A stretch of DNA of 64,000 nucleotides from Vicugna vicugna (Eukaryota), in contig MU061579.1 in assembly GCA_013265495.1 (NCBI GenBank), forward strand, positions 2,353,319 to 2,417,318. Direction: 5' to 3'. Positions 1 through 10,507 of this stretch are shown here, piece by piece. The translations under genes and the position numbers were made by a program. Under the pieces are notes generated by a model. That model did not search any database, was not told the DNA's origin, and saw only the letters and a list, made by a program, of their open reading frames with translations. How positions within the stretch are numbered: position 1 is the first letter of the stretch; each line of letters begins with the position of its first letter.

Positions 1-124
1 CCAGTCTCTTTCCATCTTGTAGGTCCGGCCTGCCCCGAGACCTTGGAATCCTTTCAATTCCTCAGGGAGAAAAAGAAGCAGCACCATGTTTTTTGTTTTT
101 TCTTTTGTTTTTAATGGATCAGTT

Positions 125-215
125 CTAGAAGGGGCACATGTCTCTCAGCCCCATCACATTAGCCAGACAGTCATGTGACTGTGTCTAATTTCAAGGGAGG
201 TGGGGAAATCTGGTA
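125..215 (-). mobile_element. MLT1 (MaLR LTR, MLT1J/K-like) fragment
   Basis: 'cacattagccagacagtcatgtgactgtgtctaatttcaagggaggtggggaaat' resembles the reverse complement of the MLT1 5' motif (catttcccagcctcccttgcag...catgtgact...ggccaatg). Confidence 0.55.
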
Positions 216-1884
216 TATGGAGGCCCTGGAAGGGGATAAACAAAATGGTTGGATGACTATAACCCGATTCTATCACAGAAGAAAATTCATTGAGAAAGTT
301 AATTCTTTTCTTTAGGAAATAAACACAAGATCAAAACAAAACAACACCTTTCATCTTGGTGAAATATCTTCTTAGTTGTTTTGAAATTATAAAAGTGCGT
401 GTGCTTTGGATTAGAAACCCCACACATCTTATTTTGCTTAATTGATGTGTAGGGGGAGAATTATTTTCATATAAAGATGTGAAATAGAGAATATTTCCTT
501 TGAATTACCTTTTATGAAGTGTGTGTTTAAACTGGTAAGGCTTCTTAATAGTTAATAGTAATGAGCCTTTTGATTTTCTGTAGCAACAGACTCTGCTAAC
601 AGCTGGTTGTATGCAAGTGCCCTTTGGGTATTAATAATAATTTTTACAAATCTCATGTGCTCCACGTGGAAAACAACTCCTAGGTTTACTGCTAAAGGTA
701 TTCTTGGCACGACAGAGATTTTGTGATTTTGCACAGTTGATGTCTGATTATTTCTAATGGCAGAGTAGGTAATGACTTTAAAAATTCACACAAGAGGCTC
801 TGAAATTCCTAGTGTTTAGTTTTGTTGTACATAATTTTTCTTACTGTATCATTAAATCTATTTAGGTAACAAGGCAAAACACTTTCTGAAGCCTGATGGG
901 GAAGTAGAAAGATACATTAAGAATAATGCATGACTGAATATTTTGTATGTTTCTTATGTGTTTATTTCATAAAAATAGATCTTAGATCAAAGATAGACAA
1001 CCTAGATGTTTCAAGTGATTTCAGCCCAGATATTTAAACTGTAAATCAGATTTATCAGCTTGAGAGGTAAGTGGAACTTTTAAATTCTCCCTCATTCCTG
1101 GCCTTAGTTTTCCCATAGACTGTGACTTGTAAATATTTGATGTATCTCAATTTGATGAGTATAGTTGACAAGCTATTATGTGTAAGCCATCACATTAGGC
1201 CTTGAGAGAAACACAGTGTTGAATCAAACTTGGAGTTTGCTTTTCAAAAAGCTTACACGTAGCAATAGAAATAATATATATAAACACCAGAAGCTGCTGT
1301 GCAAGGTAGATAGGATAATTAGGAAAAAATGAAGCTAAGAGATTAGGAGTTAAGAAGAAGGGGGAGGATGGGGAAGATAGAAGGAAAACATTCGAGAGAA
1401 AATGTACGTTCAAGGTGACAGAAACGAAGTAAAATCTTAGGAAAATGATGCCAAATATCTTTGCTTAGACCCAGAGGCTGGAGTTGGTAAGAGAAAGCTA
1501 ATGAGAAATAGAAACTGGAAAATGTTTGCAATGGACATCGGAACAAGACTTAAGAAATGTTAGCATGACACTTCTGAACTTGAGGAGGGTATGGCTGGCT
1601 GGTGAGATCAAGGTCTAACAGCAGAGAAGGAATTCACAAGGATGACGTGGCTGGAACTCACAGTCTTTGACTCCCACATTCAGACCTGATTATCGGTAAG
1701 GCCAGAACTGCTCGTCTCATGGAAGCTGACTGTAGTTCGACATGCTCTGGGGCTCGTAAAACCAGACCGTGGAACTCAAATAAGGCTCCAGCATATGTTA
1801 CCTATTTCTTATCCCTAGTCTTATCCTGACACCTAAACCTCCCTCTTCTCAGAGAATTGGCAGGAAGAACAAGAGATGTAAAGT

Positions 1885-2060
1885 CAAACCAGGATCAAGT
1901 TCGAGCTCTATTACAAATTAGCAGTATAATTTCAACATTTCTTTCTCTCAACCTAAAATTACTCCTAAATAAAACAGGAGAATTCCTAACTTTCAGGCCT
2001 ATTGTTAGGAGTAAGTGAAATAATACGTGTGTGTGTGCAGGTAGGAACCTCAAATAATAT
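1885..2060 (+). mobile_element. MIR SINE, degenerate
   Basis: Diverged MIR core and 3' tail: 'aacctaaaattactcctaaataaaacaggag...attgttaggagtaaagtgaaataatacgtgt'. Confidence 0.5.
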
Positions 2061-2557
2061 CAGTGCAAAGGAGATCTGACATAATCACTCACTTTCCTGC
2101 TCCCCTCCTGCTGTCACTTAAGGATCAATTTTTTTCCTTCTTTTCTTCCTTCCTTTCTGTTTTTTTTGTTTGTTTGGTTTTGGAATTACAGAAGAATGGT
2201 TTTGTATAAAATTCATGCCACAGGGCTTCTCTGCCTTATGTTACAGTGTAGCAAAGAAAGACTGTGAATCCAAAATAAAGCTCCTGGGAATCATATTTAG
2301 GATTTAGGAGGAGTTGGGTATAGAAGAAATGCTCAGATATAAAAAAGAGAGGAAGTTCTAATCCCAGGAAGGACAATGTCATAGAAAGCAGGGCTGGGGA
2401 CAGTTATGAGGCATGGCTTAGGAGAAGCAGATCAGAGGCTCTGCAGAACTTGATGTCCATTTGGTTGGAAGCTTGGATTGATGCTTCTCAGAAAAAAAGA
2501 GCATTAAAACCATGAAATACTAATTTCTGCCATGTAGATGGATAGTCATTAAAAAAA

Positions 2558-2697
2558 TTTTTTTTAATCTTTTTGGCAGGGGAGGTACTTAGGTTTTTTT
2601 CTTTATTCATTTATCTTTGGAGGAGATACTGGGGATTGAACTCAGGACCTCATGCATGCTATACATGCACTGTACCACTTGAGCTATACCCTCCTCC
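2558..2697 (-). mobile_element. tRNA-Ala-derived camelid SINE (Vic-1-like)
   Basis: Minus strand reads GGAGGAGGGTATAGCTCAAGTGGTACAGTGCATGTATAGCATGCATGAGGTCCTGAGTTCAATCCCCAGTATCTCC (Pol III A and B boxes, tRNA-Ala-like), then an A-rich tail. Degenerate TSD tggatagtcatt (2539-2550) / tgggtggttatt (2698-2709). Confidence 0.9.
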
Positions 2698-2914
2698 TGG
2701 GTGGTTATTTGATTGAAGAGAAACTTCTGTGTTTCAGGAAAGAATATACTGCAGAAAGGTAGAGTAGGGTGGAGAACTGTAAAAAATAATAAATAAAGAG
2801 TATGCATTATTTTTTTTCTCCAGAGGACTCTGTCACTGAATAAAACAATTTCCTTTAGAATTTGGAAAAAAAAATTTGCAAGATAGATATTATTTATATT
2901 TTCATTTCCTTTTC

Positions 2915-3045
2915 TCCCTTAACCTCAGTTTCTACATCTTTTAAAAACTAAGATGATGATAGCCATATAATAGGGTTATTGAAAAAAAATTACAGTTGAG
3001 TACACAAAGCACCTGGTTCAGTCCCTGAAACATACTAGGCTGTCT
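2915..3045 (+). mobile_element. MIR SINE fragment
   Basis: 'aacctcagtttctacatct...atagggttattg...aaagcacctggttcagtccctgaaacatactagg' matches the MIR core and 3' end. Confidence 0.65.
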
Positions 3046-3087
3046 TCCACAAAAGGGAGCTCTTATAATTATTCTTGCTATTCCTAC

Positions 3088-3205
3088 TTAAGAAATACAG
3101 AATCCGAGGCACAGGAGGACTTTATAACCCAAGGTCATGACATAAATAAATATCAGTCAGGACCAGAATCTAAACCTGTGTAAGTCTAATATCTGTACTC
3201 TTTTT
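3088..3205 (-). mobile_element. MIR SINE fragment
   Basis: 'gaatccgaggcacaggagg...cccaaggtcatgaca...ggaccagaatctaaacct' is the antisense MIR core. Confidence 0.55.
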
Positions 3206-6200
3206 CTGTCTTTATCACATTTATTTTTCACTTCCCTCAAAGCATTTAGTCCTTGCAACTATACACTATAGCAATAATACTCAGAGAAAGAATATGTGTT
3301 TTTACTTAATTCATAGTTATTTAAAAAATTCTAGGAGGTACTTTGGCTTTCTGTGATTTTTTTTAACTCCTTAAGACTTACATAATAAACAATTTTACTA
3401 AGAAAGATTAATCCTGTTCACGATGCCTGTAATATCTTGCTCTTTTTGGGGGCAGCTTAATGAAATGCATGAGCCTGTGTCATTTTTCACTCAAGAGATA
3501 CCCAAGAAAAGGAAAAGGTTAACGTAAATTTCACGGAATTTTCGGAGAAATTGCCTCACATATAGGACACATTGCATTTAACATCTTGCATAGCATCTGC
3601 CCTTAATTTTCAGCTATGAAAAGCCAAATGAAATGGCTATTAGTGTACAAACCACATTAGGAGAGTGACTTGTTTCTTAATGTAGTTCTAGTAAGAGTTG
3701 GAAGAAATCCCAACTCTGGCAAAGAGTATGAGGATTTGGAAGAATTTTTGTTTGCTTGTCATTCGGCTGAAATGTTTTGAACCCACTTCGCTAGGATTCA
3801 CAGTGTTGTATTGTTCTTTAAGTACCAAGAAAATCTATGAGATTTGTTTTGAAGTGGATAATTTACTTCCTAATTATCATAGGTGGTTAACAGATGAATG
3901 AAAACAGAAATGTTTCCATTTGCCTATTATTTAATAGAAAATTTCTCTAAAAATGTCTATTTGCCCTACAATATACAGCCCCAGATATGTTTTGTTTTAA
4001 GTTGGTCTTTCCCAAATATATCAAGATCCAGTTTATCCGGTATCTCATAGATTGTAAGCCCAGTGAATTTTAATGAAGGTTGCTTTTTGAAATTTAGGTC
4101 TTTGTAAAGGTAACACTTAACAGAATAAATTTCATGGCAGCCACTGAAAATATAAATATTACAAACATCTTTTCCTCTACTAAAATCTTTGTGGACAATG
4201 CTGAAAGCTTTTCAGGACATACAGACCAAAAAAGTAATGATGTTCAATGGATAAGATATGAATATTTTTAAACAACCACTTACACTTAGAATTTTATACA
4301 ATCATTACTAGTACCTATCCAGTAATTTGTCAGATGCTATTCTGTGACGTGTTACCACCGCCATTACTGAAATTCCAAACCGCTTTGAGGTTTCATTGAC
4401 TTTGGGATAGCCAAAATGCTTGGTAGGATTAAACCTGTATTAATAATTCATTAATTTGTTTTACCTTCTCCCCTTGTGCCCACCCATCTATACGATATTT
4501 TCCTGTGTTCCCTCCAATACTAGAAATGTTATTTGAATTCTCTTTCTAAGCAGTTTTATTTCCCTCTCCTTTTGTATCCCGAGTTGTACCTTTGATTTAT
4601 TTAAATGTAAACCTCTCATTTTGATGTGGGAGTGAAGGAACATGAATTCCTGAGGCTGTGATCTGAAAGACAACAGCCAGGCTAGCAGTGAGAGGATTTG
4701 CGATAACAACAGTGGGCATCCCAAAATGAGCATGCTGTGAAGACACGTGTTCCTAGTTTTATGAACATATTATGGAGCTGACAGATGCTATGATAAATCT
4801 GTATAAAGACATTGTCTGCAGCATAATTTTTATGTATTCCCTTTAAAGCTGTAAGTGTATGTGTCTGTGAGCAAATATGTATTAGCACATGTGCCGTTCT
4901 GCTTTCCTCGTTTACTTTCTTTGGGACGCAACATTCTGCCACCTTGGCATCCCACAGAATTAAAACGTTCCTACACATCGTTGATATTTGCAATACCTCT
5001 TATTTCTGCCATAAAAATATGTCGCGTTATTTGGCTTACCTTTAGGGAAAAAATGTAAGATATACTACCCTTTCAAACACGCACGCACACCCAAACAGGC
5101 ACACACACACTCCTGTGTTCTTCGCTCTTGGCCTGCTGTTGCAGGTCCGCGACGTTAAAATAAATATATTCAGTGATGCCACAGAGCCGAATGGATTAGT
5201 TGATCTGTAATTCAGGTAATTAATAGAAGTAATCTGTTTGATCGTCTTTTCACGAGGGCTTCAGATGATTGCATTTTTAATAAATGTCAGAGTAAGCAGC
5301 TAACCACTATTTCTAAGCTTTTTAAAAAAGCTAATCTTATGCAATTATTGCACTAGAATCCCCTGCCCAAGTCCCGCAGAATGTTCGTGATTTGCCATAA
5401 GGAAATCCAGCCCCAGCTTTGCTGACGGTTAAGATAAATTTATCTTCACCAGACTCAACTCTTGGTACGTCTCTGCTAAGTCTTGATGAAGTAGCTAAAT
5501 TGATCCCCCCAAGGACTCTTTAAATTGCCAGCTGAGCTTCCTTGGAACCTTCTCACAAACAGGCGTTACGTTCTGTGAAGAAAATTCTGCTTTGCATTTG
5601 ATCAAACACCTTGGTTGGCTGTGCGTTGATACAGTATCCTACACTGTTCTTTACTGCATTCTAGAGTATTATTTTCTAAAATTCTGAAAAAAGCCCCAAA
5701 TTTACACTTATATATGTATATATGTTCATTTATATATGTATATGTCTATAAATATGTACATCTATTAAAACATATTATTAATAGAAGCATGGCTCTGATT
5801 ATAAGCTCCATTGAAATCACTGTACATAACCTTTTGCAATGTGAGCAAACCTGCTTTGTATCAATCCTGCCTATTTTTTATTGGTATTTTATCAACTTGA
5901 TTCAATTTAACTGTAGAAATGCTTGAATTTCCTGTGGAAATTAAATCAGCCAATTGAATTTTGGCTATAGCAACTCTTCTTATTTATAGATGAGTTATTA
6001 ATGGTCATGGTCATTGTATGCTTTCTATAACTTGTAGTTTTAATTTAATTTTTTATTTTAAAATATGAGAAGTAGTCTAGAACATGTTTTTAGTCGAGTC
6101 AAATTTATTTTATATGGTACTGACTTTGAGCAGCTAGACAGTATCTATAACAGGACTTTCGTACTTTGGGATATTTTAAAAAATTGACATGATGTGTATG

Positions 6201-7548
6201 TAGCATTATACATAGGGATAGTCTTAGAATAAAAGTGTTCAAGTATAGTCTTTAAAAGCTCTTTGTTTCTTGTTTTGATGCTCATGCTGAACACTGCATT
6301 CAAATTTGATTATTTAAAAGTGAAAATCCTCTTTAAAATAGAAGGGAGTAAGATAAATATTTCATTTCAAAATGATCCAAAATTCAGGATTAATAGTAGA
6401 ATTACTTACCTAGATGCTTTAATTTTAGCCTAAACTGTCGTTTTTTCATGATAAATAACATAGGAGAGGAAACTCATTGTGAAATGTGCTAATCTTGCAA
6501 AAAGAAACCAAGCTCACTGTAGGATAATCTGAAGATTTGGAAAGTGTAATAGGTATGGAAAAAATAGAAAAAAATAATTCTCATGTCCCAAAACGTAACT
6601 ACTCCAGTGGTCAGAAGCAACCCCAAACTGGTTGTGTGGCTTTGATTTATTTTCATAATTGACTATGCCCAGAACAGCCAATAAAGCAAGTCAGTGGTAG
6701 GTTGTAATTGGGTACAGATTGGCAGCAATTTTCACAGATGATTCAAAAATTTTATCTTCTATCCCCTAGAAGGTAGCCAATATTAAATATATCTTTGACT
6801 TTGAAGGCCTGGTGATTTCATTTTGCTGTAATTATCGGTGTGTTTTTGTGACCAGAAGAAAATAATCTGAGCATGCTCATGCATCAGCAGCAAATTTACC
6901 CAAATTAGAAGCATGCACGTCTCTTTTTTTATGTGTAGAGATGTTATGCCTGTTTTCGTTAATGCACTATTAACTAATCATAAAGTATAAAAGGTAGTCT
7001 CCATCTGAAGATGGTGTGTCTCAAATATGAAAACAGGGTCAGAAATGTCCTAGATATCCAGGCATCTGGAGCAGGACTCCTCAGATGGCAGCCAGTGGAG
7101 TCTAGGGCAAGTTCTTTAGAGCGCGAAGACACCTGTAGGCATCGTGGAGGGTCTTCAGGAAGCAGCAGTACCTGGGTGTAGCAGCACTAGCAAGCCTGGG
7201 CTCTCGGCTCTAGCAAGGAAGTTCACAGAAAACTTCAGGTGCAGACGTATTTGGATTTGCAAATTAAATCTGCAACTCTTAATTCATATTATATCCCAGA
7301 TGATGTGTGATGTGGTTCAGAAATCCAACCAGTGCTGGATGTTGAGATGGAGAACTTGGGCAAAATGTGGAAACCCCAGGCAGGCAGATAGACCTTACAA
7401 TGAAAGGTCGCATATCAAAAATAACAGGGCTCTGAGCACTAGACTGGGGTTCAAGCACAAGAAGTTGGTACCTAAGGGTCATATATTAGTAGAAGCAGAC
7501 CTTGGTGTCCAGGTAGTTTATGAGAATTGAAAAAGAGAAACAAAGACT

Positions 7549-7663
7549 AGAAAATGAATATCTGTATGTCCATGTATGACTGAAGCATGGTGCTGTACAC
7601 CAGAAATTGACACACCATTGTAAAATGACTATACTTCAATAAAAATATATATATATATTTAAA
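7549..7663 (+). mobile_element. Young, heavily 5'-truncated L1 3' end
   Basis: 'gtatgactgaagcatggtgctgtacaccagaaattgacacaccattgtaaaatgactatacttcaataaaaa' L1 3' terminus with AATAAA and an A/TA tail. TSD aaagact(a) at 7542-7549 and 7664-7671. Confidence 0.85.
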
Positions 7664-7868
7664 AAAGACTAATGCAATGGAAGTTTTCAAATAAAACAAA
7701 CAAAAAAAACATTATACTGGGGGCTAGGTTCTACCTGGTCTTGAAAAAAAAGTCCAATATTCTGATCATGAATAAATCAGCTCCCCAAAGGACCTGATGC
7801 TGAGCGGCCAACTATGAATTCAGTACCTCTGGCTGTGATTGAGAGGATAAGCTGAGTCTGGGTTGGGG

Positions 7869-7888
7869 GTGTGTGTGTGTGTGTGTGT
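7869..7888. repeat. (GT)n microsatellite
   Basis: Direct reading, 10 GT units. Confidence 0.95.
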
Positions 7889-9127
7889 AATGGGGTGTTC
7901 AAGATGGCTGATTTTATTCGATTGTCCTGTAAGTCCCAGTCTTGTCACATCACCTCAGCCATCCTTCTCTGTATCCTCAAATTGCTTTGTCTTTAGTGGG
8001 GCCTCACCCTGGAGCTAGAGAACCCGGGAGCACTCATCCTTCACTTGTGTCAGTTTCAAGAGGGAAGGGCTAAAGACGTGGCTCTACCAGTCTGCCTCGT
8101 TTTTCTTTTAGACTTGCCTGACCATTGATTTTTCCATTTGATTCAAAATTTCATTCATTCTGTTTGTCTTCCCTTTTAGAACTTAATTAGCAAACTAGTT
8201 CTAGAACATTATGCTTCCTCACAAATAATAGAGCAAGACATGCATTTATCTGCTCTACTACCTATAATAACACAAAGTTTCGTATTTTAAGAATCCTATC
8301 CAAATACTAACTAGGTTTAACTACAGACTCGGAAAGGAAAAAGAGGGAAAGGCAGAAAGACAGAAAGAAAAAAAAAAAGCAGTTGAAGTTTGTTATTTGA
8401 ATTATTTGTCTTCAGGCTGGGAGCCAAGCTACATTTTTAAATTCATATATATTTCTTTTTAATCATGAGCAGCATAATTTCATCTTATTTTAAATTGTTG
8501 GTGCTTAGAAAAAGAACAACTAGGAAAAAAAAAGACTGTGAAAGTTTCAGTGAATTCCAATTACTTATGGCTTAGCAGCAGTAATTGAAAAGCTAATTTG
8601 TTTAGTAATGAACTTTATCTTCAGAGAGAAAAGACAACAAGACCATTACTGAATTCAACAGCAAAGACTTACTCTCAAGTTTTAAGCAATAAAAGGGAAT
8701 AGAGCTTGCCTGTATCATTTTTCAGATTGATTAATGTTAATCATGTTTTGCTTTTTCAAAATACATAGTACAAATAGTAATGTAGAGGCTAAGAGTATGG
8801 TGATGACAGTAATACTGACCATTACATAACAAACATGTGACACTTTCTGAGCAAATAAGAGGTGTATTTGTGGAGAAAGCCCTCTTGGAGACACCAAGGA
8901 AGAAAATGTATGATCCTAGCATATTACCAGATTTTTTGATGATATAGATAAGATTTGAGCATAAATGGTTGTAATATAAGAAAGAATGAGTTGTTTGAAT
9001 AAGATACACGTGACTAATAGTCTGTGGAGGTTGGAAAGATTATATTCACTCTAGGTCTGAAAGGGGAATGATGGTTAAGATTTCACCAGGTATATATGAA
9101 GGGATTAAACAGTGATTTGATTTTTAA

Positions 9128-9290
9128 CAGGAGGCAATTTTAAGTTGCACTGTCCCTCCCCCCACCAAGAGACATTTGGCAATGCCTGGAGACATTTTTA
9201 TTTCTCACGGCTGGGGGAAGGAAACTAGCATTTAGTGAGCAGAGGTCAAGGATGCTACTAAACATCCTATAAGCCACAACAAGATCCACA
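9128..9290. mobile_element. MER20 (hAT-Charlie DNA transposon relic)
   Basis: 'gacatttggcaatgcctggagacattttt...gcatttagtgagcagaggtcaaggatgctactaaacatcctat' is the diagnostic MER20 core. Confidence 0.85.
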
Positions 9291-10060
9291 AGAGAAGCTG
9301 GCTAAGAGGCTGCTAGAAGGGTGTAGTGGAAAGAACATACCCATTTTGCTGCATATTCATAATCTACTTTCACTGGATAAATAAAATCATATTTTTGATA
9401 AATAGAGGTTGTTCTCTAAAGATGAAAGTTTTTGTAGGGAGAAGATGTAACCCTGATGACAGCATAAATAAGAAAACAGAAAACCTCTCTTTTGAATCAG
9501 AACTATCAGAGAAGAATAAACTTTGCCATCAGACAATGAAAGGCAAAAAGTTGATCATGAGTCAAAAACTAAAAGATAAAGAGTTGAGAGGGGATAAAGT
9601 GATCCAGAGGTCACGGGTTGGTGAGATAAGATGGTTCCTGCTACCCTGTCTAAATGGATGTAACTCTGACACCAGCCTTTCTGAATACTTAGCACTCTTC
9701 TTAGATGGATCTAGAGAACCAATAGGAGATGGACAAATTACAACAATTCTAGAACTTAGACCCTGAACGTGGAGAATCTATTACTTGTTATTATTTTATT
9801 TTAAATAAGTTGATTTCTTGTATGTTTTAATGAATAAAGGCTGACTGGTGTGTAATGTTGAATAAATTCAGATCTTGTCTCAGAACCTTAATTACACCTT
9901 CCTGAAGCTGTTCCCATAATCTCTGGTGGCAATTCATCCCTGTTCAGCCAAGCGTGGTGAGCGTGATCTAACAAGTATCTTTAAGACTGGCGTCAGTCCA
10001 TAGAAAGTGATGGGAAGACAGAATTCAATTTCTTTTTTGGGGAGGGGGTCATTCTTTCAT

Positions 10061-10135
10061 TTTTTTTTAAACTGACATATAGTTAGTTGGTTTACAGTAT
10101 TTAGTTAGTTTCTGGTGTACAACATGGTGATTCAG

Positions 10136-10175
<40 letters not shown>

Positions 10176-10507
10176 TCTTTCTCATTGTAGGTTATTACAA
10201 GATAGTGAATGCAGTTCCCTGTGCTATACAGCAGGACTTTGCTGTTTATCTCTTTTATATATGGTAGTTTGTATTCACTAATCCCAAACTCCTAATTTAT
10301 CCCTTCCCCTCTTTCCCCTTTTGTAACCATAAGTTTGTTTTCTATGTCTGTGAGTCTCTGTTTTGTAAATAAGTTCATTTGTATCATTTTTTTTAGATTT
10401 CACATGCAAGTGATGGCATATATTTGTCTTTCTCTGTCTGATTTACTTCGCTTAATGTGATAATCTTGAGGTCCTTCTGTGTTTTTGCAAATGGCATTAT
10501 TTCATCC
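10061..10507 (-). mobile_element. 5'-truncated L1 (ORF2 C-terminus plus 3'UTR)
   Basis: Minus-strand translation EIMPFAKTQKDLKIITLSEVNQTEKDKY resembles the L1 ORF2 C-terminus. Poly-T at the left end, internal (TA)n at 10141-10167. TSD cattctttcat (10050-10060) / cattctctcat (10508-10518). Confidence 0.92.

Noticed and set aside
2617..2697. tRNA-Ala gene (also 41393-41469)
   Set aside because: The cloverleaf and anticodon region are degenerate, and each copy has an A-rich tail and TSDs, so these are SINE heads, not tRNA genes.
6868..6879. 12-bp palindrome tgagcatgctca (p53-like half site)
   Set aside because: Single half-site with no adjacent partner; palindromes of this length are expected by chance.
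7144..7530. 128-aa ORF (and the 146-aa ORF at 9326-9766) as coding exons
   Set aside because: GTG starts, no recognisable homology and no convincing flanking splice sites.
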